Shown here piece after piece: positions 27,335 to 40,700 of a stretch of DNA of 64,000 bases; the first letter of the stretch is position 1, and each line of letters opens with the position of its first letter. The stretch is from Podarcis melisellensis. Its lineage: Eukaryota. Where the stretch lies: the NCBI GenBank assembly GCA_964234715.1, contig OZ174275.1; one strand, given 5' to 3'. The notes beneath the pieces are model-generated. The model had not been told where the DNA came from. It was given only the letters and a program-made list of their open reading frames with translations, and did no database searches. A program made the position numbers and the translations under genes.

Positions 27335-27700
27335 AGATTACATGAACTGCTTGCTGGACCAGAGGAAAGGTCCTTTTAGCATTCTCAGCTCCAACTGTGG
27401 CTAACCAGATGCTCCAAGGATACTCATGAAGGCATGTTGGAAAGAGCTGTATATTGATGTCGTCGTCGTCGTCCCCCCCCCCCCTGCATATACTGTCTCT
27501 GAAATATGAATATCTAATTCTTGGCTCTTATGCTGACAGCTAGGTCTATCCTCCATGAATTTCCCTTACTCTCTTCAAAAGCAGGTTAGCAGCAAGCACC
27601 ATTCATGTGGCAGTGAGTTCTGTAAGTTAAGTGGAAGTAATTTATTTTGTTTCTCCTGAACCTGCTGCTAATAACCGATTTTGATGGCCCTAAATTTTGT
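27335..27700 (-). mobile_element. Old CR1-like LINE 3' fragment
   Basis: Degenerate CR1-type 3' motifs on the + strand (CTGCTTGCTGGACCAGAGGAAAGGTCC..., CTATCCTCCATGAATTT..., TGTGGCAGTGAGTTC). Boundaries approximate. Confidence 0.5.
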
Positions 27701-27793
27701 AGATTGCAAGAGAAAATCTGAAACCGTGAGATGTAACCATGACATTTCAAATCACAAGAATCACAATTCTTATTTCTAGCACTCTGTTTACAG

Positions 27794-27916
27794 CAGGGAT
27801 GGGGACCTGTATGGTGTTAAATTTCCCAATTCGTATCAATCCTAGCCACTGTGGCCAATAGTCAGAGGTGTTTCTTGCCCTGAAACATCTAGAGGGGACC
27901 AGTTTTCCCACTTCTG
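27794..27916. mobile_element. hAT-like MITE (CAGGG...CCCTG type, about 125 bp)
   Basis: Ends CAGGGATGGGGA...TTCCCACTTCTG. Internal TGGCCAATAGTCAG and AACATCTAGAGGG are shared with copies at 37476, 52283 and 59975. Confidence 0.6.
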
Positions 27917-29461
27917 AATTAAAAGAGGCTATTTGAAGAACGTGCAAGTCTAACAGAAATGATGTAGAAACAACCTTCTGACTTGGGTAATACCAAGTCA
28001 GCAAAATGTCACAATAATGTGGCAAGCTTCTGAGTTTTCCAGAACTTTTCATCAGGAAAGACACAAAACAAAGGTTGAGGGACAAGAAAATTTTGGCTAG
28101 ATGTTGTAGCCATGAGGCCAGCTTGTAGAGTTGGTAAGTACCTCCCAGATACTACAGATATTAGGTTACACATCTTACGGGCAACCTCTCTTCAGGAAAC
28201 AAACAATACCAATAATTATCTGTGATCCCAAGAACTGTGATCTCCTAGCAAGGAATGAAACCTTAATATTCAAAAGGAAGTATGGCCCTACTCAGGCATT
28301 TGATTGAATATATGTGGGCCTAAGTGGATTGGGGTTGGGACATGCATGCAAGTTCCACCACTAACATAACGTATCTATGTATGCCGGCTCCACTTTCAGC
28401 CTTCATGTGTTAAGCATGAAGAGATATCCATTTGCTCAATATGTGAAGGTCAGAAGTGGAGCCAGCACATGCAAGGGTGTTGGGCTTGCCTGCGTGCCTC
28501 CAGCCCTCTCCACTGCGGAATACCTGAGTGAGGCTTAGATGCAGTGGGGGGGGGGTGAGGACATCTTTCTCCACAAGGCCAAGTCAATGGGTTTATGTTG
28601 CTCATTCTGGAGAGCAAGTGCCATTGCTTTCTTATGACACAATGCCATGCCAACACCCATAATTTCTCCTCATAATTGCCAATAACATTTCAAAACCCAA
28701 TACGTAGCTTAACTACTCACTTTTAGGAGAGGTACACAAGACTGCAAAGGAGTGGCTGTAGTGTGACTCACTTGTTAAGTGAGTGTATGAGATACAAACA
28801 CAGCTGCACACATATGCTGATTGCCCAGGGGGAGGGGATAGATCTTCATCCCTTAGGTAAGTATTTCTGAACTTTTTGAATACACCCCTCCCCTCCTATA
28901 CTCCTATACCAATCATTTGATGTCCTATGTGCAGACATCCCTGAATGAAGTTGTGTGCACATAGCCTGCTCCAGAACATGATTCTCTGCAGACTGAGAAG
29001 GTAGAGCCACTGCAGCACTGGAAGGAGAACAGAGTAAGAGATCTGATCCCTCCCTATAAAAACCAAGCATTGAGAAAGATAAGCATGAAGCAGGAGCTCT
29101 TTCTATTCTCCTTTCTTCTCAGCTCACATTAGAACTATGGATTTAAACTCAACATATTTCTATTGGCCCAATATGAATCCATCATTATTTTGCTTGTGGC
29201 GTAAAACTTTTTCACCAGACACAAAATATACACCTTTGGATATTTCCAACCAAAGTTCAACTGGAAGAATATGGTCCTATGAACAAAACACTTCTCAATG
29301 GTGTGTTTATCAAATGATACGGATGGTGTATTATATAGTCAGAGTAAGGCTACATCTACCAAACTGAAAATAACTGATCAGTGAACTGAACCTTTCCTTT
29401 CCATCGTCGCTCTCACTCATCTCCTACCCCACCCCCTGCAAGTTCTCCATAGTTTACTTAC

Positions 29462-29520
29462 CAACCTGTGCAGGTCTACTTCAGCCGAGCTTTTCAGGAT
29501 GCTTGTGTACCATTCCTTTC
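29462..29520 (-). other. Putative 59-nt internal non-coding (5' UTR) exon
   Basis: Minus strand: acceptor ...attccatactctcttAG|GAAAGGAATGG... and donor ...CACAGGTTG|GTAAGT. Same strand as exon 1. Length is not a multiple of 3, and the frame left open at the end of exon 1 hits a stop within this exon (ERNGTQAS*). Confidence 0.65.
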
Positions 29521-31149
29521 CTAAGAGAGTATGGAATGTTGCCTTATACAGTACACTCCAGCAAAATTACCATCCTTTCTTTTAATGCATCCTTGTCTAT
29601 ATTTATGCACATCATGGTGACCCAGAAGAGGCCAGAACAGAGCAGGCTTATGCGTGTTCCACCATCATACATGATGACCCAGAACACAACCCCCGTGCAA
29701 ACGGGTTGCCTGTACTAGGAATTCACTTAGTAAATCCATACCTTCCAAAAATTCAGATGAGAAGTAGGTAATAGTTTGAAAAGAAAAGATTCACTCCCTG
29801 AAGACATACCCATCTCTTTAGATGTGGCAGGAGGAGTCAGTTCTGGAAGCTATACTAAAATGCATGCCTAAATAGTACCAGAACAAACAATAAAGTAAAA
29901 AAAAAAGGTACAAAACAACTAGACTAAGAGCAAACTCTTCATTCAGAATATGTAACCAAAGTTGACTGATACCTTATGGGTTCATCTTTCCAGTCTCACT
30001 TTGGTGACATTTGTAAACTAGTAGAAACAGACCCAATTCATAGATTATCAGCAGCACTGGTTTTCTAGTAGAGTTTGAAGGAAGTAATTATGTGAACAGG
30101 AATGGCAACACAATTTCTTCTAAACCAAAGTGATCCGTTTCCAGCTAAACAAAGTAACCACATCACATGCACACACCGTTGTTCTTATACAGTATTACTT
30201 TCAGAATAATGAATTTGCTCAAGCCACACCAAACTTTTAATAAGAAATACATTGGGGGGGGGGAAACAACTCCTAACAGTGATTTATTTATAAAACAGAA
30301 CACAACCACTTTATAATATGATCATGGGCCATCCAGAAAGTATAAAGCAATTCAACTACATAAGAACATGAATCATTCCCAAAATAAAATTATAAACAAG
30401 CCTCTTACACATGTATCTTAAGTTTGTAAACAAAGTCAATGAGAGGTGTGGGCTTGCTTTTTCCAGGAAATCTGATTTATATCAGGTCCAATTTGAGTCA
30501 AACAAATTCTTATCTCATCAACACAAATAAGCCTTTCTCTTTTCTCCTTTCTGATTTTCATATTTATCAGAGTTGAAAATCCCCGTTCACAACAGTATGA
30601 CATAGAGAACTGTAGAATCCATGAAATTTATTTCATTTCCCTAAATAATCAGCAAAGATTTTTTTTCCACACAGTGCAATACTACTGCTAGTCAATAACT
30701 GTATACACATCTGTGTGGAACATGCACTTTCCAGCCCCCCCACCAACTGCCTTGGGAATAAGTGTTGCTGCTTGCAGGTCACTTGTGAGGGATTTTTTTC
30801 CTAGTACACATACTACTAAAATGTAGCAACAGCAACTTCCCAGAAGAAACGAAACAGCTTTTCTTCAAATGAAGAGCTATATTTTTTCTAAATACGCTGA
30901 ATAAAAATGTTTTAAAAGACAGAAAAACTCATAAGTTAGCAGACACCCTAATAAAGCTTCATATCTCATGAACCATGCATGCCTTCTATCTAATAACGGT
31001 ACTACTTGAGCTGAAAGAACTGCATTTCCCCACTAAATAATATTGCCACTTGAGCACTGAGAAAACCCTATCTCTCAACTATTTTGTGCCAAAAAGTCTG
31101 GAACATGGTCAGCAAACAAATTCACTCAACTGGCACAGAAAACAGCTAA

Positions 31150-32790
31150 GAGTTTGAGCTGTGGGTGGTCACTCCCAAAAGCAGATTCCACAACCTCCTC
31201 CAGGGATTGTTCAACAGCTGTACAATCCTGGCAACTTCTATTACTGGTATGGCATAATCATACTCTTAGATCAAACCAAGTAGAAAACAGTTTCCAAATG
31301 TAGCATCGACTACAAGCGCATGGAGTGCAAACCCATCCAGAACAAGCAACTGACCTATTTCCTGGACCTGGGAACCACTGACCCACACCAACTGTTTCCA
31401 GCTCTGTTTATTTAGTCTTCATCCAGCCATACCCGACAGTTGGGTGTCCTCAGAGTATTAAAAACACCGCACTCCAAATCCCCTAATAACAAACAGCTCC
31501 CAACAGCTTCAGTTTATGGTAAAAAGAAGCAAGGCTACATTCCCTTTATGGTCTATGAATGTCTGCAGTTACACTACCACAAATATTGGGTCCAGGTTGC
31601 GCTTTATCATCAGTGGCTGTACCATGGTACCTTCTTAAGGCTCTGGACATGAGACCCTCACAGAAAGCTGCATTAAGCACGCCTCGATCTAACCAGTCAT
31701 ACACTTCTGACTAGATCTGAGCCAAGAGGGACAAGGATTGAGAGAGCTTGTAGTCAGCTGCGTTATTGCAAGCATTGTGGGTGGTAGTCAACTAAATTTT
31801 ACTAAGAGTAGACCCACTGAAATTAATGCGCATGACTAAGGTCCATTAATTTCAATTGGTTTACTTTGAGTAAAACTTAGCTGAATACCACCCCTTGTCC
31901 ATTTCATCAGGCCTCATCCACTAAAACAGATGCCACAAAAAAGGGAAATATGTAATACTGTATGCTTCCCTACGAACAGTCGTAACTATGGCGTCAAAAT
32001 GTTTGGAAGATGAGTGCCCTTATCCTCAAAATGTTGTGCAAACATTTCACAGTGCATCTTTACAAGCTCCCATGGGGTGTCCTCCATGGACAACCTCCTC
32101 TGTACCACCCTAAAGAGTTCTGCTGGACAGCTGTTTGAGAATGCAGTAGAGATGGTAACGTCTTTTGCTGTCCCCTGCCAGATGGTAGGCACGATTAACT
32201 GGTGTTTGGACAGAACTTTCCACCAGCTGCACTATTGTTGTAATCCAGCCTGCTTCATTGCCTACAAGTTCAAAGAATTTCAGGAAGCTCCACATCACCA
32301 GAGAGGACACTCAAGAGTAATCACAACTCTGGAGCTTCAAGTCTTGCTGTTCCACAATGCAAGAAAGGCCTTGACAGGATTGTCAGCTTTATCCACTGGA
32401 AAATCCTCCACAGCATTCGGGAATCCATCACATTCCATAACTATCCAAGGATGGACCTGCAGGGGGAATGTGGCACCAAAAGCCACTAGGAAATAGTCCA
32501 ACCATTACAGTGCAATTTCTCTAACTGCACCCTCCCCATTACTAGACCACCAGCCATGCAATCTGCATCAAAGTCCAAACTGAGGGTATGTCCCACTCTA
32601 TGTGCCAGGCCAATGGCAACTTGAGATAGCCCCATGGTTGTCATGGAGGTCATGAAGTCCCAACCCAGTGCAGGCAACCTCTTTTCTGTGTTCAAGGACT
32701 TTCCACACTTACACCTAGCTTTCCTGTGCACCATAGACAAGTCCCACTTTTAGTATTAAAGGCACTCTAGATATTGTTAATTAGTCTCTT
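31150..32790 (-). mobile_element. Decayed L2-clade LINE ORF2 (APE endonuclease to RT region), interrupted by a hairpin MITE
   Basis: Minus ORF 32486-32740 contains DFMTSMTTMGLSQVAIGLAHRVGHTLSLDF, matching the APE endonuclease PTH-GHTLDL region of L2/CR1 ORF2. Multiple stops and frameshifts downstream. Boundaries approximate. Confidence 0.75.
31779..31893. mobile_element. Palindromic (fold-back) MITE inserted in the L2 fragment
   Basis: 50-bp inverted arms (42/50 complementary): GGGTGGTAGTCAACTAAATTTTACT...AGTAAAACTTAGCTGAATACCACCC, with a 15-nt spacer. Confidence 0.75.
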
Positions 32791-35077
32791 ATTTCCCTAT
32801 GCGGTGAAAACACACTGCCACCCAGAGCTAATTTTCAAGAAGAGGGAAGCTACAAACACAAGCAAAATAGGTCTGAGAGAGAGGGGCTTGCTTCCATTTA
32901 AACACCAAATAGCCCAGTTATGCAAGCATATTCATAAGTAAGATCCACAAAGTTCAGTGGAATTTACTCATCGCCTTTAGATTTGTACTGTCCTATCCTA
33001 AAGGCTGTGTTTGAAAAAGACAGTCTTGTTCACCCATCACCTCACACAAGAAGTATACATTCAAATTCTACTAATGAGTAGCAAGACATCAGGACCCATC
33101 TCTCAGTTGGATTGTAGCTTACTCAAAAAACCTTTGAGGCTTGGCTGAAGCACAAAATATCAAGCATGAATCCTTCTGCTAATCACACTTTGAATATTGA
33201 GGGTGTTCAAGATATTTTTAATATTACAAATTCTGTTTTAAAGGTGCCATCAAAATGGGGCCATGGCGTTATCTAATGAACATAATGCCACGTTACATGA
33301 GTCATGGCCACTAGCTTAGATAACATTAGGAGGCGAAATGTGATAAATAAAGTGAGTTGAAACATACTATGGCTTTAAAGAAGAGTAATAAAGTTACATT
33401 TTAGTGGCAATTAAGCCACATAACTTTTATATTTCAGATGAAGGTTTTTAATCTCCATTGCTCACTACAAAGCTGCATTTGACTGCTGCAGTCAAATGCA
33501 ATGCATTTGAAACAAGAAATTAAAAATCATGAGCAACCAAAAGCATAAACTAAAACTGCAGGATTTTTTTAGATTTAAGAAAGTTCCCCCCCCCCAATCC
33601 ATAACACATTTCTATTACCATGAGGACTAGAAACATTTTAAAAATGCACTGAAAATCAATTCCTGAGCATTGCACTGAAGCTTTCTAGGCCACACAAGGG
33701 TAATGCCCACACTGTAACACAGATGATGATGATGACGACGATGATGATTTATTTATTCCCCAGCCACTCTGGGATTTATAACTTTAAAAAAGTGTCTGGA
33801 AGGAATGGAGTGGGGTGTGGGGTGTGTGTGTACAAATGGTTAAATGATGATTACTGTGAATAAGGAAGTCTTTAATACTTGTAATATGTCATGTGAACAC
33901 ACTTTCAGAAAATATTTTATAAAAAGATACCATTGTGGGTTTTAGATAACTATATAATCTCTTATAAACCAATCTTTAAAGTTCTGTGTTTGTTAGCATG
34001 CTGGAGATGTAAATACCTAAATACTATAGGTGTGCATATAATTTATTCAATTAATATCCCACCCATCCTCCCAAAGGAGTCCAGAACAGCACGAACTTGG
34101 CCACTTGAAATGTTCAAGGGCAGGTATAATGGTGTTTACACTCTAAGTGTTTCTTTTTAATGGTACTCACATGGTGGATACAATAGACTGAGAGGTGAGA
34201 AGTGGGGTTCTTAAATCTCCACAGCATGTGCCATAGTGACTTAAAAATGTTTTAATTTATTCCACTTTTTACTTTGCCATATTCATTTTGTTTGGAAGCA
34301 TATTACACCATGGAATAAAATACCCAACTGTACAAGAACATATTAAAATTAGCTCAAGGAACTCTTACAATGATTCTTGAAAATATTCAAGCTTGAACCA
34401 GGAAACCTCTAGGCTTAGAACTGTAGGGAAGCCACTGTAGAGCAAAACACATTTCCCGTGAAATGCACTTGCATCCTATAACATAAGAGTTTTTAGCCCT
34501 TAAGACTTTCAAGATCAGCCTGAGCAGATATGGTCACAATTTTATTGCAAGCTCATTGTAAAGAGTGGCAGGGGATAAAATAATTGCCAATGAAGTTTCA
34601 GAATCCAGCACAGATTTTCCAGAGGTTGGATATCGGTGCTCCAGATAGTAATCCCAAGTTCTCTTACTAGGGAGCAAATTCCATTGAACTGAACTGAATT
34701 ATGAGCAAACATGTTTAAATTAGGACTACACTGTGAATATCACAAACAAGCAGAAAAAGGCATTTGTGTTTAGCAGCCAAAATACCATGCCACAGTTATT
34801 CAAGTTTACACTAAGAGAGCTACCATATTTATAGTGTCAGAATTCACATTCCACCCATCCCCTGAACAAAATTTTGCTATAGTTCTAAAGTATAGATGGT
34901 TAGATATTTCTGGACAAATCCCCATGTTAAATTTTTAAAAAGCAGATAGGTTTCTCCAGCTGGCAGATAGAATGGACGACGTGATACTGGAGGCCTAATC
35001 TGGTATCTAACAAGTGGGTATGCAGTCAATAGTGCAGCTAACACCAATTGCTCCCTACCCAATCCAAGGAAACAATC

Positions 35078-35270
35078 AATTTTATTTTTTATTGCATTCA
35101 TGCCTTCCCTTTCTTCCAATCAACTCAGTACAACGTATTTTGCTCTCCTCCTCCCCATTTTGTCCTCAAACCACTCTGGTAGGTTAGGCCAACAGAGTAT
35201 GTGACTGGCCCAAGGGTTACCTTGCAAGAATCATGGCTGAGTGGACCTGGGTCTAGCCAACACACTGGCT
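35078..35270 (-). mobile_element. Degenerate tRNA-derived SINE (Squam3-like)
   Basis: + strand CCCCATTTTGTCCTCA...AGGTTAGG...GTGACTGGCCCAAGG...ATGGCTGAGTGG...CACACTGGCT is the reverse complement of the same SINE consensus. Confidence 0.6.
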
Positions 35271-37454
35271 AGCCAATGAAAAATATGAATATTATCTTGC
35301 TTAAGTGAATGAGATAGTGTTCCAAGCCATTGGTTGAGCAAGTTGTGCCATCAATGGAGGAGCAGCAACTCCCACAACACACACACAAAATCTATCCACA
35401 CACACACATGCATACTCTTTTATTAGCAACAATCAATAAAAAAATGAAAGATTGAAACAGGTTCTTTTGCTCAAATATTTGCAATGATAATTAATTGGAG
35501 GAAAAAACAGTACTTAGGCTCAGCTCCCAGATGCCTGCTCTTTGTATAGCTGTCCTTCGACAAATCTGACCATTTAACATTACTTCACATGGCATTTTTG
35601 GGGTGGGAGTGGGTGTGTTATTCCAGATAAACATTATAGTTCATTTCTTCCTCATAGTGAGCTAAAGAACCAAAAGACTTATGTGCGACTTTGCTTTGAG
35701 TCTGTGTCAGAAAAAGAGCGAGAGAAAGAGATTACCAAATGTGTCTTGCCTGATGATAAACGTACTTGGTTTTGGCTAAAAGCAGTAATCATATCAGTAT
35801 CCCTTGTTATGTCCAGCAAGTTTCTTCAGCATGGATTTGTCTTCAGAAGCACACTTCATGGGACTTTTATTAAGTCCATTTGAAAAGAGAGTAAGTTTTG
35901 GAGGGCAGAGTAACATTGCAAGGGGCAGCAGGATTGCCAGCTTACACTTGGCTTTTTGAGATGCAACATGAAAAAGGCACCTCTGCTTTTAATACACCAG
36001 TATGCTGGCTAATGCAGCTTTTCACATCGTAGTGCTAGAGTAGTAAAGAAAAAAGGAACCTGTAGAATATCTCTTCCCCTTCCATATTGCTATTAAACAC
36101 AAAATGAGCCCCACCCTGCTAGAGATTTGGTAATTCTTCATGTACGGAACTACATTCTTCTACCACTCCAGCTGCACACCAATGTATAGATTTTTAAGTA
36201 TGATAAAGTCAGCAAAGAAATGACTACTTAACAAATCCATCTATCTTTTGGAATTGAGGCTGCAATTTTATGAGCCCAACTGAACTCCAGCAGGACTTAC
36301 TTCCAAGTAAACATGCCTAGGATTGGATATAGATGATATTCTTTAAAAAGGAACATCATGTTCAAAATGAGAATGGGGGTGATAAAGCTTCTTGAAAAGG
36401 ATACCTCAGTTAGTGTAATTGTACAACTGCTTGCAGCGTAACATGCAACGGCATAACTATAGCTAGCTAATTTTTAAATGCATGATCACAGAGGTTTATT
36501 ATTTGTCAGTATATCAAACTTATTTGCTCACAAATAATAAGACACTTCTTAAAACAAGTTAATAAGCTTAAACCTACTTTTTTGAAACAAATGTCTATGC
36601 AGACACCAATATCTTAATTCACTGGCAATTTTTCTTTCACTATTATTTTTGTTAGAAGATTACTATTCTTCTCATTCTAACATTAAAATAATTCTGGAGT
36701 TGGAAAGCATTCTTTTGTAGTTATTTTAGGGGAGGTAAGGAACAAAAAGTTAAGAGATCAAAGCACTCCAATTTGAGAAGTGTGTCACTGATTTAACAAA
36801 ATGATTCTGAAAGATGCTTCTAGTTCAGAAACAAAAGCCAAAGTTTGGCCTTTGGAAACAAACAGCAAAACTAAAAGCACACATACCGTGTTGCTGTGTA
36901 TACTTGCTTGCTATTCAACATATTTTACTTCAAACAAATTTTAGGACATACACCCCTCATTATATCCTGCAAACTTGGGAGTAAAATTCTTCCTTACAGT
37001 GACAAAACCCAATTCAGTTTAAAGACAACCCAATAAAATTGAACAGGAATTTATTGGGCAACAATATCTTAAAATAAAGTTACATTGCATCAGAAGTTTC
37101 ACCAAGGTTTAAATAGTGAATTAAAATACAAAATGTTTCAAAGGCACATAAATCAATCATTTCCCCAGACATATCCACTGCACAAACATCAGTTAGCTTT
37201 AAAAACAACCACAACTACCAGCCCTTAGTTCTTTAGATATCTGTGCAGTCAACAATTCCATAAGGCTAAATAACTTTATTTACGTCACGATGAAGAAAGT
37301 GGAAAATAAGAATCTAAGGAACAAGTCAAATCCTTCCCCAATGTATGGGAAGGCTGTAGGACACTCCTACACTTGGAGTAGCAAACATAGAAGAGGAAAG
37401 TTATTGTCCTGGGGAACTAGATCATCCCAGTTTTTTTCAAAGGTATATTAATGT

Positions 37455-37790
37455 GAGAGCCAGTGTGGTTTAGTGCAGGGATAGACAAAATAGTGCCTTC
37501 AGATGTTGTTGGGCTTCCATCATCCCTGATCACTGGCCACACTAGCTGGGTCTGATGGGAGCTAGAATACAACTAGGGGGGCACCACTTTGGCTACCTCT
37601 ACTGCAGTGATTTCACCAGGACTGAGAAGACTCAAGCTCAAATCCCCGCTCTGCTACAAATCTACTGGGTGGCTGTGAAACTGTCTCTCAATCTGACACT
37701 CTTGAATAAAAAACTGCAGAAAGATATTGTACACTATCACAAGTTCCTTGAAGAAAGTACTAAATATGAAATGAATGAAACATTTAAATA
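37455..37790 (+). mobile_element. tRNA-derived SINE (Squam3-like), interrupted by a MITE
   Basis: 5' GAGAGCCAGTGTGGTTTAGTG (A box); after the MITE, GCTCAAATCCCCGCTC (B-box-like), CTACTGGGTG and an A-rich tail. Confidence 0.6.
37476..37601. mobile_element. hAT-like MITE nested in a tRNA-derived SINE
   Basis: CAGGGATAGACAAAATAGTGCCTTCAGATGTTGTTGG...GGGCACCACTTTGGCTACCTCT is imperfectly palindromic and splits the SINE A-box region. Confidence 0.7.
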
Positions 37791-40700
37791 ATCCATACTC
37801 TTAAATCCAGTACACTTTGCTGAAAGCTAAAACAATGTATTTTGAAAAAGTAACATTCTAACATAGACGTGTGTGTCATAAAAAAAATCTGCTCATTGTT
37901 CAACCCCCATACAAAATGTTCTACTAATTATTCTACTATGAGTCATTCAATAAAAATAGCTGGAACTATGGAAAGGATCATGAAACTGAAAAGTGAGTTG
38001 GGAAACCCTAATAAGCACGCATTCAAAACATGCTCCGTTGTAAGGATACATCCCGATGTAGGTCACTGAGAAGCACTTCATCTCATAGTATCTTTTGAAT
38101 TCTTCTGGTGGTGCTGCCCTGACTATTTGGTAAAACTAAAAGCCAACGAAATCTTTAAAATGTTTCCTCAAAATGTGATCCATCCTACTAGCAAACACAA
38201 TTGCTGTCACACATCAGAACACCTCCAGCTGAAAGCAACACGAGTTACAAGTGCTCTCCACTCTATAGCTTTATACATAGAGATAATGAGCCAGTTAAAT
38301 CCAAGCATTACGGCAGCCGAAGAATTTAGCAGGATTGATGAAAGAGTAACAAAGGAAAAGCAGGAGAAAGCTTACACAGTCTATACTTTGCCACATACCA
38401 CTGCATGGCATATAATTAGCAACAGTTCAAAGTAATGGGGTTAATGAAACAAAGATCACAAGATGTTTCTTGTTCTTTCGTTTCTTCATTAGCCGTTTCA
38501 AATATAGATTTGCTTCAATAAGCTTTTGTGCTCAGATCACTTACTCTGGAGTAATCCCAATGATATTGATGGGCTGGCATCTATGCCAGTCAATAGGGTT
38601 TTTTAACAACAACAAGAAGTGCATTTAAATCCCCCCCCCCACTTCATTATATTGAAGGCACTTATACACAAATACTTTCATTTGTGAAAAAGCATTTGCT
38701 TGCTGATTACCATTACAAGACATTTTGTGGAATGTAATTCACCAATATTTGCAATACAATTCTCATATTAAGGTGCTATTTCAGGGTCTTTTTTTTCTTC
38801 ACTAAACAGTCCAATTCAGAGACTTCCTATATGTCCTTGATTTGGACTCAATATATATTCACTCAGTAACTTCTTTTCATAACAAAAATGCTTAAAATGC
38901 CTATATAGGAATTCAGTCTTATATTCCCACTCCTGTCTCCTTCTGTGTCCTGAACAGCAGCTTAGCATAGAAAGCAAACAGGTTTCCTGGCACAGAGATA
39001 AAGTGATCAGAAAAGATTTACAGGCTAGATTTCTGTAGTTTCAGGCTGCTCTTAAAGGCACAATGCAGGTAATTAGATGGCAACTGTCACAGCCCATTCC
39101 TATTTGTGCGTACACAAAGTTCCATGGCACTTACTTGAGAGTAAATGTTCATAGTACTGCAGTCCTGTGCACACTTACTCGTAAGTAAGTCCAATTGAAT
39201 GCACTGGGGTTTGCTGCTGACTAAACACACTGTACATGCCCATGTCCCATTCAATTATTTACTTTAAAGCAAGCATATGAATTAAAATGCTTGATTCAAA
39301 TCCATGCTGCTAGATTCAGCAAAAATAGTTATTTGTAGAGACACAGAAGATAAATATATATAGTCAAATGCGTGTACTCTCTCTCTCACACACACACATA
39401 CCATTTTCCTTTTTTTCAGAAACACTTTGCTTAGACTACCACAGGTGCATGTGCCAGAAGTAAATTTGTATTCACATTACAAACCCAACGGATAAGGAAT
39501 TTAATTTTTATAGCTTTCTCTACGGAACATGGCTCACAAATGCCAACAACAAGGAATTCAAAACAGGATCAATTCTTTTCCCTTCTTGGAAACAATCTTA
39601 TAAGTGTCCAAGTACTCGACAACATGAAAGAATATTGTTGCTTCTCTGAGCTCTTTTGATATCTCTCTCTGCATGGTGGAGCTGTTCACGAGTGATGGGA
39701 GAAATCTCTTTTGAAAATAAATGGCACCTCTTCAAGTGTGTTCAGATACATCCTGGCTGGACCTTCAGTTATAACTTGAAAAGGATGCTTGATTTTTAAA
39801 TTTGTTTTAGGTATCAAATTGTGATGCCTGTAACAATCTTCAAACCTGATTCTTGCAGCACCGACTTTATGAGTTTCCCCCATGTCAACACAGAAGGCAG
39901 AAAGTAATGAGAGTGGTGAGGAGAGGTAATGGGAGAAAGGAAGAGAGGATGGGGTTAGGCAATTGTTGCTGAACATCCCAACAAACTAAAGTTCACACTT
40001 CAGATGAGACATACTGAAAAGGTTAATGCTACTGCACTTAATGGTTTCTTCACATCCATAAGCATAGCTGTCACCACATACTTACACAGAGCACTAATCA
40101 CTTCACAAGAGTCGAAGCACTGGTACAAATTGTAGTGCACAGGAGTATGTTACCCACATGCAGCCTGATCCTACACATGCATATACACACTTAGTCAGTA
40201 AGCATGCAGATTACTACAACATCACTCTTTCTTCTGGCCTTTAAGGATACCTAAGAATCACACATAAACAGGTCCCCAACTTATACAAAAGAAAAATGCA
40301 GTATATTAAGATGCTGAGCTTTGGAAAATAAACTTGGAGAGAATTAAAATGCTGATTTTAGCCACACTTAAAACATTTTTTTAAAAAAAATCATTAAAGA
40401 GAAAATTTTTAAAAATCAAAAGACAAGTTCAAATGTTAGCTGTGCAGTTGTCATAAGACTACTATGATTGCGGCTTCAATTCTAACTGGGTACAGAATTG
40501 CAGTCTTCGGTTTCTTCCATAGCCAATATTAACCATAAGCTTTACATCAATGTTTATTGCCAAAACTGTATTTGGACATATTAAATATAAACAATGGACA
40601 GGAGAGTTGAATTAAATATATTATTTTGAAGGTAATGTAAGTTTAAAAAGAGAAAGGATGCAATGTAGTTTTGTGTGTAAATGAATTTAAGTGGGTACAA

